Counted from the stretch's first letter, positions 8,996 to 18,884 are shown. The stretch: 64,000 nucleotides of DNA from Nannocystales bacterium (GCA_050633305.1 JBOEGF010000004.1:32001-96000), one strand, 5' to 3'. Numbers and translations are program-made. Notes: a model not told the origin generated them from the sequence alone.

Positions 8996-9980
8996 AGTGT
9001 TTCTCCCACTTCAGTGGGCCGAAGTAGCGGTCGCCGCGGTCGCACAGGACGGTGACGACGACGCCTTCTTCGCCGCGGGCTGCGAGCTCCTTACCCACAC
9101 GCAAGGCTGCTGCAACGTTGGCGCCCGCGGAGTGTCCAACGAACAGGGCCTCCTGCTGCGCGAGCCGCTCGGACATGTCCCATCCCTCGTCCGTCGGCAT
9201 CCACATCGTGTCATCGATCGCGTCCTCTTCGTAGATCTCCGGAACGATGGAGCTGGGGAGGTGCTTGAGCCCTTCAAGGCCGTGCCAGGAATCGTCGGGC
9301 TGCATGCCGATGCAGCGGATGTTGGGGTTGTACTCGTGAAGCCGTCGCGAGGTCCCGATGATGGTGCCGCTGGTGCCGATGCCGGTCACGAAGTGGGTGA
9401 CCCGGCCGCGGGTCTGCTCCCAGATCTCGACGGCGGTTCCATCGTAGTGCGCGAGCCAGTTGGAGTCGTTGGCGTATTGGTTCGGGTAGTAGTAGCGCTC
9501 GGGGTGCTCGGCGGCGAGCTTGCGGGCCTCGATGATGGCCCCGTCGCTGCCAAGCATGGGGTCGGAGAAGACCAGCTCCGTGCCGAAGCCCTTGGTGATC
9601 TGCTTTCGCGGAAGGCTGACGTTCTCGGGCATCACCAAGGTGATCGGAATGTTCAACGCCGCGCCGACCAGCGAGTACGCGATGCCGGTGTTGCCGCTGG
9701 TGCTGTCCAGAAGGCGGCGCCCATTGCCCAGGTCGCCGCGCTCGAGCGCATCGTGAATGATACGGCTCGCGGCGCGGTCTTTGACCGAGCCGCCGGGGTT
9801 GGAGAACTCAGCCTTGGCCCAGATCTCCACGCCTGGACACTCCGTATCGATCCGTCCCAGCCGAAGCAAAGGCGTATTGCCCACGAGGTCCAGGACGGAG
9901 TCCACGGGACCGGGTGGACGCCGGGCAGCGCCCAGCTGGACACCAGCGGGCACGGGCGTGGCGATCGATGCGGCGCCCAT
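8985..9980 (-). CDS. cysM: PLP-dependent cysteine synthase, CysM-like
   Basis: NPGGSVKDR, TSGNTG, NQYAN and GTSGT motifs; lies between the sulfur carrier and JAMM genes. Confidence 0.85.
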   Translation of the reverse strand: MGAASIATPVPAGVQLGAARRPPGPVDSVLDLVGNTPLLRLGRIDTECPGVEIWAKAEFSNPGGSVKDRAASRIIHDALERGDLGNGRRLLDSTSGNTGIAYSLVGAALNIPITLVMPENVSLPRKQITKGFGTELVFSDPMLGSDGAIIEARKLAAEHPERYYYPNQYANDSNWLAHYDGTAVEIWEQTRGRVTHFVTGIGTSGTIIGTSRRLHEYNPNIRCIGMQPDDSWHGLEGLKHLPSSIVPEIYEEDAIDDTMWMPTDEGWDMSERLAQQEALFVGHSAGANVAAALRVGKELAARGEEGVVVTVLCDRGDRYFGPLKWEKHYVW

Positions 9981-9986
9981 GATCGG

Positions 9987-10262
9987 CTACCAGCCTCCGG
10001 CGATCGCCGGAATGATGCTGACCTCGTCGCCGTCTTTGACCGCGGTCTCGAGGTTGTCCATGAAGCGGATGTCTTCGTCGGCGACGAACACGTTGACGAA
10101 CCGACGAACCGCGCCGCCCTCGTCGACGATGCGCTCACCGATGCCCGGGAAGGACGTCTCGAGGTTGCCGAGGAGGTCGCGCACGTTTCCACCGTCGACG
10201 GAGACCTCTTCTTGGCCTTGGGTGTATTTGCGGAGGGCGGGAGGGATGTGAACCGTTGCCAT
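9987..10262 (-). CDS. cysO: Ubiquitin-like sulfur carrier (MoaD/ThiS/CysO family)
   Basis: IP.ALR..T.G...RRFVNVFV..EDIR...GDEVSIIPAIAGG-W. Confidence 0.9.
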   Translation of the reverse strand: MATVHIPPALRKYTQGQEEVSVDGGNVRDLLGNLETSFPGIGERIVDEGGAVRRFVNVFVADEDIRFMDNLETAVKDGDEVSIIPAIAGGW

Positions 10263-10304
10263 GATGTTGCTGCCTAGTGTCGGGTCAGTCGTGTTGGGGA
10301 AGAC

Positions 10305-11039
10305 TCAGGCGGAGGCCTGAAGGGGAGGAAAACGGGTCGGCGTGGCCGCTGCGCAGGCGGAGCATGCAGGGCGCGAGGCGGGTCGCAGGGACCGGACGCT
10401 GCTCCGGCCGATGTCGAACGCCGTCAACGTGCCGGTTGTTTCGGGATCCGCGTTGCCGCTGGCCAGCGCCAGCGCGAGGTTGGCCATCATGAATCCCGCC
10501 AGACCCACGGCAACGCCGAGGACGCCCGCGGTCGCACAGGTGGGGAGGTCTTCGGCCGGCGGCGGGGACTCGTAGATGCATCGGTAGCAAGCCTGCCCTC
10601 GAAGCACGGCGATGCACTGCCCGTGCAACCCAAGCGCGGCGCCGATGATGACTGGGGTCCCGTGGCGCAGTCCTGCGTCGTTGAGCGCAAACTTCAGCGG
10701 TGGAGCGTCGGTGCACTCCAACACGATGGAGTCCGCGGGCAGTCCGGCGACGAACGCATCTGCCTCGCCCGGCGCCACCGCACGCACTCGAGCGGCGGCT
10801 TTCAACGAAGGAACTCGGCGCGCCAGACTCCAGGCTGCGGCCTCGGCTTTTGGGCGGCCGACGTCCGCAAGCGCGTACAGGACCTGGCGCTGTAGATTCG
10901 ATGTTTCCACGCGATCCGGATCGATGATCGTGATCCGCTGGGCGCCGCCGGCACTGAGGCCCAGCAGCGCTGGACAGCCGAGGCCGCCCGCGCCTACGAC
11001 CACAAAGTGGGCCTGCGCGAGCTGGTCTTGAGCGGGCAT
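10305..11039 (-). CDS. ThiF/MoeB family adenylyltransferase (no rhodanese domain)
   Basis: GAGGLG, SNLQRQ, CYRC, TCA.AGV and CSAC motifs. Confidence 0.9.
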   Translation of the reverse strand: MPAQDQLAQAHFVVVGAGGLGCPALLGLSAGGAQRITIIDPDRVETSNLQRQVLYALADVGRPKAEAAAWSLARRVPSLKAAARVRAVAPGEADAFVAGLPADSIVLECTDAPPLKFALNDAGLRHGTPVIIGAALGLHGQCIAVLRGQACYRCIYESPPPAEDLPTCATAGVLGVAVGLAGFMMANLALALASGNADPETTGTLTAFDIGRSSVRSLRPASRPACSACAAATPTRFPPLQASA

Positions 11040-11069
11040 GGTGGAGAGGTGTTCGAGCTGCGGGCCGCT

Positions 11070-12089
11070 TTAGGGGATGGCGTCCAGCTCGCCCTGTTCC
11101 GTGAAGTAGGAATCGAGGCTGAAGTAGCGTTCGCCGGTGTCGCACAAGACGGTGACGACGTGCTTGCCTGGCCCCAGCTCCTCCGCGATCTTCCGGGCTG
11201 CGACGGCGGCAGCGCCCGCTGAGATGCCCACCAGCAGTCCTTCCTCGGTCGCGAGGCGCTGCTTCATCCGGTAGGCATCCTCGTCCTCGACCTGGACCAC
11301 TTCATCGACCACATCGAGGTTGAGCACGGGAGGGATGAACCCCGCACCGATCCCCTGAATCTTGTGCGGTCCGGGCTCGCCTCCGCTGAGAACCGGGGAG
11401 CGCGACGGCTCGACGCCGATGATTCGTACGTCGGGGTAGACCGCCTTGAGCGCGGCTCCCACGCCGCTGATCGTGCCGCCGGTGCCGATTGCGGAGACGA
11501 ACGCGTCGATGCCGGTCCCGCGCATCTGCTCGAGCAACTCGGGCCCGGTGCTGTCGAGGTGTTTCTGCGGGTTCGCAGGGTTCTCGAACTGCATCAACAT
11601 GACGTGGTCCGGCTTCCTGCAGAGCTCGCGTGCCTGCTCGACCGCGCCTTCCATGGTTCGGTCGTCGGGCGTGAGAACGATCGTCGCGCCGTAGGCCTTG
11701 AGCAGACTGCGCCGCTCCAGGCTCATGCTCTCGGGCATGGTCAGCAGCAGCTTGTAGCCCTTGACCGCGGCGACCAGGGCCAGCCCGATCCCAGTGTTGC
11801 CCGACGTGGGTTCGACGATCGTGGTCTTGCCAGGCGTGATGCGCCCCTCGGCTTCGGCCGCTTCGATCATCGCGAGCGCGACGCGGTCTTTAACCGAGCC
11901 GCCGGGGTTGAAGTACTCGCACTTGCCCCAGACGGTTGCGTGGGTCTCGGCGTTGCCGCAGACGCGATGGATCCTGCAGATCGGCGTGTTGCCGATCGTT
12001 GACAGGATATTTCCGTGCGTCTCAGGACGCCGGCCGGGGCGGTCCGCAGGCGTCATGCGGTGCGTGTTCGATACTGTGTCTTTGGACAT
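11070..12089 (-). CDS. cysK: Cysteine synthase A
   Basis: NPGGSVKDR, EPTSGNTGIG, QFENPAN, GTGGT and PHKIQGIGAGF motifs. Confidence 0.95.
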   Translation of the reverse strand: MSKDTVSNTHRMTPADRPGRRPETHGNILSTIGNTPICRIHRVCGNAETHATVWGKCEYFNPGGSVKDRVALAMIEAAEAEGRITPGKTTIVEPTSGNTGIGLALVAAVKGYKLLLTMPESMSLERRSLLKAYGATIVLTPDDRTMEGAVEQARELCRKPDHVMLMQFENPANPQKHLDSTGPELLEQMRGTGIDAFVSAIGTGGTISGVGAALKAVYPDVRIIGVEPSRSPVLSGGEPGPHKIQGIGAGFIPPVLNLDVVDEVVQVEDEDAYRMKQRLATEEGLLVGISAGAAAVAARKIAEELGPGKHVVTVLCDTGERYFSLDSYFTEQGELDAIP

Positions 12090-12112
12090 CGGCGGGGTCC
12101 TTCCACAACAGA

Positions 12113-12526
12113 CTAGATCACGTAGTTGGCGGCGCTTCGCCGATGACGATCCTTGGCTTCACCGAGGAGGTCGGAGAGGCGCAGCGCACCGACGGCCGAT
12201 GCGAGTCGTTCGTCGACCGAGCGCTCGACCAGCGCGGTGATCTCGTCCTGCGGTCGCCCGGTTGGAGAGGCCGCGGTGGGACTGGCGAGCGCACCGAGGA
12301 CGTCGGACAACGCGATCTCCTCCGCGGGACGGGCGAGCCTATAACCACCCCGCGGACCGCGTTTTCCGATCACGAGGCCCGCTTTACGCAGCTCCCCGAT
12401 GATTTCTTCCAGATATCGCGAGGGAATCGTCTGCTGTTCAGCGATGACCTGTGCGGACGCATATCCACGGTTTGCAACGTGGACGAGTGCGCGGAGACCG
12501 TATCGAGCCTTGGTGGTGAGCTTCAT
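12113..12526 (-). CDS. Rrf2 family regulator (CymR-like, no Fe-S cysteines)
   Basis: MKLTTKARYGL...YLE.I...L.KAGLV..KRGP.GGY.LAR; no Cys after the predicted start. Confidence 0.9.
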   Translation of the reverse strand: MKLTTKARYGLRALVHVANRGYASAQVIAEQQTIPSRYLEEIIGELRKAGLVIGKRGPRGGYRLARPAEEIALSDVLGALASPTAASPTGRPQDEITALVERSVDERLASAVGALRLSDLLGEAKDRHRRSAANYVI

Positions 12527-12685
12527 TTGTCCGGCAAACCTTGCGGAAAACCGTAGAATAGCCTGCCACAACTTGAGGGCCAGCGCCAGCGGACCGGGCA
12601 CGCGATGTCAGCGCGACATGTGCGAAGGCGCCCGCGGCCCCGCCTTGACACCGGGGGCGCCGCGGAGGAAGGGTCCCTCCCACGC

Positions 12686-13246
12686 ATGGACGTCTCGGAC
12701 CTGAAGAAGAACGCCAAGCTGGAGATCGACGGCACCCCGTGGGTGGTCACGGACTTCCAGTTCGTCAAGCCTGGCAAAGGGCAGGGCCTCTACAAGTGCA
12801 AGATCAAGAACATGCTCACCGGATCGGTCGTCGACCGTACGTACCGGTCGGGCGAGAAGCTGACCGCAGCGAACGTCGAGTCAAAGAAGATGCAGTACCT
12901 CTTCAGCTCGCCCGACGCGTTCACCTTCATGGACAATGAGACGTACGAGCAGATCGAGCTGTCACCCGACGTCGTCGGTGACGACAAGTACTTCCTGCTC
13001 GACAACATCCAGTGCGACGTCCTGCTCTACAACGAGCGTCCCGTCGGCGTCAGCTTGCCCAGCCACATCATCATGGAGATCACCGAGTGTGAGCCTGGCG
13101 TCAAAGGCGACACGGCGACCAACGTGACCAAGACGGCACAGGTCGAGACCGGCAAAGAGATCCAGGTCCCGCTGTTCATCAAGTTGGGCGAGCGCATCAA
13201 GATCGACACGCGCACCGGCGAGTACGTCGAGCGCGTCAACAAATAG
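12686..13246 (+). CDS. efp: Elongation factor P
   Basis: FVKPGKG, PGVKGDT and VPLFI..GE.IKIDTRTGEYVER motifs; TTGACA at 12645-12650 upstream. Confidence 0.97.
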   Translation: MDVSDLKKNAKLEIDGTPWVVTDFQFVKPGKGQGLYKCKIKNMLTGSVVDRTYRSGEKLTAANVESKKMQYLFSSPDAFTFMDNETYEQIELSPDVVGDDKYFLLDNIQCDVLLYNERPVGVSLPSHIIMEITECEPGVKGDTATNVTKTAQVETGKEIQVPLFIKLGERIKIDTRTGEYVERVNK

Positions 13247-14217
13247 TGTCGCGCCCGTCGCTTTCGAACCGCGTGCAGGCCTGGGATCAGGCTCTGCAGG
13301 CGGTTCGTGCGTATTTCAGGGGGCAAGGGCTGCGCGAGGTGCTCACGCCCGTGCGCCTGCCCGAGGTCGCGATCGAGCCGTACATCGAGCCTGTCCGCGC
13401 AACGGGTGGCTTGCTCGCGACCTCCCCCGAGCTGCCGATGAAGCAGCTGTTGTCCGAAGGGGCCGGGGACATCTTCCAGGTTGCGCCGGTCTTCCGAGCG
13501 GCGGAGCAGGGGCGGCTGCACCGCGAGGGCTTCCACCTGATCGAGTGGTACCGATGCGGCGCCGACGAGCGGGAGGTCCGTGCCGATGTCGAGCGGCTGA
13601 TCGACGTGGTGTTCACCACTTTGGGTCGAGCGCCAGTCGACGGGTGGTCTTGCGTGGCGTTCCTCCCTCTCCTGGAGTCGACGACGTCGATTCGGCTCCG
13701 CGGCGACGAGAATGCCGACATGCTCGCCGCCGCCACCCCGGCGTCGTGGTGCGTCGCGCCTCCGGACACGATGCCCGCAGCTGCACGGGACCTCTTCGCA
13801 TGGAGCGCGCTGCTCACGTCGTGGTCGGATACGGCGCTGGACCCCTGGCTTGCCGAACAACCCGGCGGCGTGCATGTGCTCGACTATCCCGCGCCGTTGG
13901 CCGCGCTCGCGCAGCTTGGCCCCGCGCGCCTCGGCGGCGGAGTCGTCGCGCAGCGATTCGAGAGCTACATCGGCGGGGTCGAACTCTCCAACGGCTATCA
14001 CGAGTTGCGTGATGTCGCGGAGCAGCGAGCGCGATTCGAACGCGTCATCGCGCTGCGGGCGGGGCATGGTGAGCCCCCGCTGCCGATGCCCGAGCGCTTC
14101 CTTGCGGCATTGCAGGGACTTCCGCCATGCGCCGGCGCAGCGCTTGGTTTCGAGCGACTTCTGATGCTCGCGACCGGGTCCGATCGCCTCCGCGACATCT
14201 CGATCGAGCCCCTTTGA
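13246..14217 (+). CDS. epmA: EF-P lysine aminoacylase (LysRS2-like)
   Basis: L.TSPEL.MK.LL, FRA.E.GR.H, RFE.Y..G.EL.NG and GAALG.ERL motifs; overlaps the efp stop. Confidence 0.92.
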   Translation: MSRPSLSNRVQAWDQALQAVRAYFRGQGLREVLTPVRLPEVAIEPYIEPVRATGGLLATSPELPMKQLLSEGAGDIFQVAPVFRAAEQGRLHREGFHLIEWYRCGADEREVRADVERLIDVVFTTLGRAPVDGWSCVAFLPLLESTTSIRLRGDENADMLAAATPASWCVAPPDTMPAAARDLFAWSALLTSWSDTALDPWLAEQPGGVHVLDYPAPLAALAQLGPARLGGGVVAQRFESYIGGVELSNGYHELRDVAEQRARFERVIALRAGHGEPPLPMPERFLAALQGLPPCAGAALGFERLLMLATGSDRLRDISIEPL

Positions 14218-14421
14218 CGCGTCGGGATGTTGGGGCCCCGGTGGCGACACGACGCTCGATGGATGGCGAGCCGGCGCAGCGCTCGAAGCCGCGCCACACC
14301 GCCCGGGATGTCGCCCTGTCGCAAACGGTCCCGTTGTTGTTCAAGTGAAAGACCCACCGGAGTCCCCCGTTCGTGTGCATGACCCCAGGCGGCTGACCCG
14401 CCCGGGGAGAAAGGTACTCCG

Positions 14422-15234
14422 ATGTTTGATGTCTACATGGAGGGGCAGAGCGTCGATCCGCGCACCCGGGTGCGGATGATGATGGCGCTGGTCGCATCGC
14501 TGTCGGTGACGACGGTCGCAGGATCGATGGGTTGGGCCTCAGGACGGCTCTCGATTGGCACGGTGGGCCCCCCATCGTTCCCGACGTCCGAGTTGTCGCT
14601 GCACACGATGGCGCCCATGGTCCGAACCGACCCTCCGCCGCGACCCAAGGCGCCCAACACCGAGGTCACACCGAGCGCGGTTGCGGCCCGTACGTCGCCG
14701 AATCCGCGACGCGGGGAACCGAAGGCCGAGTCCAGTGACGGAGCACCGACCGAACAGGTCTCCAAGAGCCAGGTGGGCGCCGCGGATGGGGCCGAGGACG
14801 GAGTCTCTTCGATTCCAGGACCCCGAAGTCCAGGGTGTGTTGGGGTGGGGTGCGTTCCCAATGCTCCGATTGGGGATCCGCCTTGGACCGTCGACCGCGA
14901 AAAGAAGCAGGGGAAGCCGGACAAGGCTCGCGAGGCGCTCTCAGTCCTCAAGGCTCGCGGGATCTACACGCCGGACCCGCAGGCGGCCGCGTTGGCGAAG
15001 ACCAAGACAGGGCTCGGGAGTCGGGCACCGGGGACGGTCAAGGTGGAGTTCTGTGTGGGACCCAGTGGCAAGGTCTCGTCGGCCAAAGTCGCGCGTCGGT
15101 TCTCCGGAGACCGCGAGGTGGATCGGATCTGTCGGGCCGCGGTCGAAAAATGGCGGTTCAAGCCCGCGCGGGTCGGGGGCAAGGCCCGAACTACCTGCTC
15201 GGACGTCACGTTCCGGATCGAGTTCGACGGATGA
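14422..15234 (+). CDS. TonB-like energy transducer (paralog 1)
   Basis: N-terminal TM, Pro-rich linker and C-terminal G.V.VEFCV...GKV...WRFKPA domain. Confidence 0.8.
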   Translation: MFDVYMEGQSVDPRTRVRMMMALVASLSVTTVAGSMGWASGRLSIGTVGPPSFPTSELSLHTMAPMVRTDPPPRPKAPNTEVTPSAVAARTSPNPRRGEPKAESSDGAPTEQVSKSQVGAADGAEDGVSSIPGPRSPGCVGVGCVPNAPIGDPPWTVDREKKQGKPDKAREALSVLKARGIYTPDPQAAALAKTKTGLGSRAPGTVKVEFCVGPSGKVSSAKVARRFSGDREVDRICRAAVEKWRFKPARVGGKARTTCSDVTFRIEFDG

Positions 15235-15461
15235 AGTCCGACGCCGAACAACGCGGCTGTAAGGCCCCCGACGTGCTCGCGTTGGGCGGCGGACGTCGTT
15301 GTTCGGGTCGTCCCGTTCTCGGCACCCAGGAGCACAACTCCAGAGCTTCTCGCGCGATGCGCCGAGAGGCTGCACACAGTTCGCAAGCGCTCGCCATGCC
15401 TCAAAAACCCCAGACTCCTGTTGATTTCACCGGGGTATCTTGCTGTAGAGTGCCGTCTTAC

Positions 15462-16613
15462 ATGCGCCGGGTTTTTCACCGCAGTGGTTGGCTCGATAGC
15501 CCCGCGTGGATGTTGGGCATGGCCCTGTTCGCGGGCGTCTGCACCACCTCGTGCAAGCAGATCGAGTCCCGCGATCTCATTCGCGAGGGCAACATCGCCT
15601 ACAACGACGGACAGTACGCCGAGGCTATCGAGGCCTACACCAAGTCCATCGAAATCGAGGAAGACGGCGTCAAGGTCTTCTGGAACCGGGGCTGTGCCGC
15701 TCTGGCCGTCGTTCTGAAACTTCGGGGGAAGAGTGACCCCAAGCTGCTCGAGGAACGCAAGAAACACACGAATATGGCGTTGAAGGACTTCCACACGTGG
15801 CTCGACCGAGCCGCGAGCGAGGAAGCCTCGGACGTCGAGGCCGGGGAGCCTCTCGAGGGTGTTGACGGCAAAGAGGACGAGCGCACCAACGAGGAGCTTG
15901 TCGCCGACTACCGCCTCGTGTTGCTCAAGGCGGACGAGCGGTGCGACGACCTTCTCCAGTACTACATGGACCGGCACAAGGCCGAGCCGCGCAGCGAGGG
16001 CTGGTACATCAAGCTCGGCGCGCAGTTCGAGGAGTGCGGTCAGCCGGAGAAGCGTGTCGAGTGGATGAAAAAGCGCACCGACGACTTCCCGGACAGCACG
16101 GATGCGTGGATCTCGCTGGCAGCTGACGAATTTGCTCCGCTGTACGCGGAGGAGGGCACCGGTCTGCCCTACAACGAGTCGATCGCTGCGGACGAGCGCA
16201 TCAAGATCGCGAACCGAGTCATCGAGCTGGCTGACAAAGCCACGCTGGTCGACCCGCAGGCGCTGTCCCCGTACACATGGCGTTCGATGGCCTACACCCA
16301 GCGGCGGTTCGCACGGACGGTCATCGAGGGCGCGGAGCTGCCCGAGGAGCGCATCGAAGCGATCCTGGCTCGCGAGGACACGATGATGGCCTGGAAGAAC
16401 CAGAAGGCCAAATGTGACCTCGAGGGCACCAAAGAGTGTTCCGACCCGCTGACCGAGCAGGACATGGAGCAGGGCTGCTGCCCGCGCGCTCCTTTGACCG
16501 CAGCCGAGCAGGCCACGGACTCGGCCGACAAGAAAGCGATCATCGCCGAGATGGCTGCGGCTGACGCCGAGGCCGCCGCGCCCAAGAAGAAACGCCGCGG
16601 GAGGAAGAAGTAG
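15462..16613 (+). CDS. TPR-repeat lipoprotein
   Basis: Hydrophobic leader ending TTSC; REGNIAYNDGQYAEAIEAYTKSIE TPR motif; start estimated. Confidence 0.8.
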   Translation: MRRVFHRSGWLDSPAWMLGMALFAGVCTTSCKQIESRDLIREGNIAYNDGQYAEAIEAYTKSIEIEEDGVKVFWNRGCAALAVVLKLRGKSDPKLLEERKKHTNMALKDFHTWLDRAASEEASDVEAGEPLEGVDGKEDERTNEELVADYRLVLLKADERCDDLLQYYMDRHKAEPRSEGWYIKLGAQFEECGQPEKRVEWMKKRTDDFPDSTDAWISLAADEFAPLYAEEGTGLPYNESIAADERIKIANRVIELADKATLVDPQALSPYTWRSMAYTQRRFARTVIEGAELPEERIEAILAREDTMMAWKNQKAKCDLEGTKECSDPLTEQDMEQGCCPRAPLTAAEQATDSADKKAIIAEMAAADAEAAAPKKKRRGRKK

Positions 16614-17483
16614 ATGAGTTCGGTAGCAGCGACCCCCGACATGGCGCCCTCATCGGGCCGCCCGATGTTCGGCAACTACATCGACGTCCAGAGCGGCAAC
16701 CCGAAGTGGGTCCGCGCAATGATCGTGGCGGCGATCCTCTCGGTCATCACGACCATCTGCCTAATCTCGTTCATGTGGGTTGCTGGCAAGATGAGCATCA
16801 AACGCGTCGATCCGCCCACGCAGGTGCAGGGTCTGGTGCAGATGATGGTCGAAGAGGCGCCTCCGCCTCCGCCACCTCCACCACCTCCGCCACCCGCAGG
16901 TGGCGACGAGCCGGAAGAGGAAGTCGAGGAGGACATCCCCGAGGAAGAAATTCCGGTCGAGGAAGACATCGTCCAGCCCAAGGAGACGCCCGACAAGGTG
17001 CCGGATCCGACCAAGGCGAAGACCGGGAGTAAGGGACCGAAGATCCCAGGCGGCGTCCCCGGTGGCGTTCCAGGCGGCGTGCCCGGCGGTGTTGTCGGCG
17101 GTGTTGTCGGCGGCCAACTCGGCGGCGTGCCCGGCGGTGTTGCGGTCAAGCGCGACACGCAGAAGAAGGAAGCTGTCGCCAAGAAGCCGATCGCGGCGGT
17201 CAAGCAGAATGCGATTTACTCGCCCGACCCCGATGCTCGAAAGCTCGCGGGAGCCTCGTTGGGGGACAACCGTCCCGGCACTGGCAAAGTCTCCTTCTGT
17301 GTGAGCACCGGAGGCAAGGTTGTGGACGTGAAGTCCAAGCAGAAGTTCCGCAGCGGCGCCGCGCCCAAGGTCGACCAGATCCTTCGGGACACGGTGAAGA
17401 AATGGCGGTTCAAGCCCTTCATCGTGAACGGGAAGCCGCACAAGACCTGCTCCGTCGTCACGTTCAACCTCAAGTTCGGCTGA
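16614..17483 (+). CDS. TonB-like energy transducer (paralog 2) with 12-Pro tract and GGVP repeats
   Basis: TM, P12 (16860-16895), acidic linker, (GGVP)n and TonB C-domain ..KWRFKPF. Confidence 0.85.
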   Translation: MSSVAATPDMAPSSGRPMFGNYIDVQSGNPKWVRAMIVAAILSVITTICLISFMWVAGKMSIKRVDPPTQVQGLVQMMVEEAPPPPPPPPPPPPAGGDEPEEEVEEDIPEEEIPVEEDIVQPKETPDKVPDPTKAKTGSKGPKIPGGVPGGVPGGVPGGVVGGVVGGQLGGVPGGVAVKRDTQKKEAVAKKPIAAVKQNAIYSPDPDARKLAGASLGDNRPGTGKVSFCVSTGGKVVDVKSKQKFRSGAAPKVDQILRDTVKKWRFKPFIVNGKPHKTCSVVTFNLKFG

Positions 17484-17598
17484 CCGAGCACTTCCCTAGT
17501 TTCTCGGAGGCCTCCGCTTCCGACCCAGATTCGACTCGCGTGGCCCGCAGGCCCGGTGAGTCCCCGTTCTCTCAGGCCACAGGACTACACAAACAATC

Positions 17599-18327
17599 AT
17601 GGAACACCTGACCCTTTTGATCGCCGAATCGGCCCCCGACTTCTCGCTAGAGGGCATGTGGGCGGAAATGGGAATCTTCGCGAAGCTCGTCCTCATCGGA
17701 CTGCTCGTGATGTTCCTGGTCGCGCTCGCGATCATCATTGAGCGCTGGGTCGCCTACGGCAAAGCCAAGCGCCAGTCGATCAACTACATCATGATGCTCC
17801 GCACCTACCTGCAGGAGCGCAAGATGCAGGAAGCCGTTGCCGCGGCCCAGCAGCACCCGGCCAGCCCGGTTGCGAAAGTGGTCGGCGCCGGTTTGCGCGA
17901 GTACCTCGAAGGGCTCGAGGCTCTCAGAGAGGAGGGGCCCGACGATGTCGGAGACTTCGACTTGGTCGACGCGGTCAACCGTCAGATGGAGCGCTCCAAA
18001 GAGCGCGAGACGGCGAACCTCAAGCGTGGCCTCACCTGGCTCGCAACGGTCGGCTCCACGGCACCGTTCGTCGGTCTGCTCGGGACGGTTGTCGGTATCA
18101 TCAACTCGTTCCAGGGTCTGTCCGGAGACGGCGGCGGTGGTCTGGGTGCGGTCTCCGGCGGTATTTCGGAGGCTCTCATCGCAACGGCTGTCGGCCTCCT
18201 GGTCGCCATCCCAGCCGTGATGCTCTTCAACGTGTTCAACGGGCGCGTTGAGGCATACCAGATCGACATGAACGACGTGGCCTCCGAGCTCATCGACTTC
18301 GTCCTCAAGGAAGGTCGTTACGGATGA
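17599..18327 (+). CDS. MotA/TolQ/ExbB proton channel
   Basis: LATVGSTAPFVGLLGTVVGI and GISEALIATAVGL motifs. Confidence 0.95.
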   Translation: MEHLTLLIAESAPDFSLEGMWAEMGIFAKLVLIGLLVMFLVALAIIIERWVAYGKAKRQSINYIMMLRTYLQERKMQEAVAAAQQHPASPVAKVVGAGLREYLEGLEALREEGPDDVGDFDLVDAVNRQMERSKERETANLKRGLTWLATVGSTAPFVGLLGTVVGIINSFQGLSGDGGGGLGAVSGGISEALIATAVGLLVAIPAVMLFNVFNGRVEAYQIDMNDVASELIDFVLKEGRYG

Positions 18328-18818
18328 GTGGCGGCGGCGTCGGTAAGCGGTCGCGGCGGGTCCCCTACAAGTCCGACAAGGGGATTCACCACGAGGCCCC
18401 CAACAGCGACATCAACGTCACCCCGTTGGTCGACGTCTGCCTGGTGCTGCTGATTATCTTCATGGTGGTGACGCCGATGCTCGGCCGCGGCCGTGACGTC
18501 GTGTTGCCTGTCGCCGTGGCTGCGCAGGAGCACAAAGAAGGCGACCAAGTCTTCGTCTCGGTCGACGGCGAGGGCGCCTGGATCAACACCGACGTCTACG
18601 TCGACCGCGACGGCTTCCTCGAAGCCCTCAAGGATGAGGTCAAGGTTGCTGCCGGCAAGGCGGCCGCCAGTGGGTCGACCGGCCCGCTACTCTTCATCAA
18701 AGGCGACTCCGACACCGAGTATGGCCGGGTCCGCACCGTCATGGAGTGGATCAACAGCGACGAGATGACCGCACAGCCCGAGCTGGCGCTGGTCGTCGAC
18801 CTTTCCGTGGCCGAGTGA
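18324..18818 (+). CDS. ExbD/TolR family protein
   Basis: SDINVTPLVDVCLVLLIIFMV; IKGD...YG motif. Confidence 0.95.
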   Translation: MSGGGVGKRSRRVPYKSDKGIHHEAPNSDINVTPLVDVCLVLLIIFMVVTPMLGRGRDVVLPVAVAAQEHKEGDQVFVSVDGEGAWINTDVYVDRDGFLEALKDEVKVAAGKAAASGSTGPLLFIKGDSDTEYGRVRTVMEWINSDEMTAQPELALVVDLSVAE

Positions 18819-18884
18819 GGGCGCCGACCGGCGTCTGAGCAGCCTACACCTTTCGAACGATCGAACTAAGAGGAGCAACCGACC

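Noticed and set aside
8528..11039. CBASS/Bil-type E1-JAB-ubiquitin antiphage system
   Set aside because: No E2, cyclase or effector; the flanking cysteine synthases and Rrf2 point to sulfur metabolism.
14218..14421. Riboswitch (cobalamin or c-di-GMP) upstream of the TonB-like gene
   Set aside because: Only a GCAAAC fragment was seen and I could not build the conserved structure; an Rfam/Infernal scan would decide.
17049..17140. 12-bp GGCGGYGTNCCN tandem repeat as a DNA element
   Set aside because: Encodes the GGVP/GGVV linker typical of TonB-like proteins.
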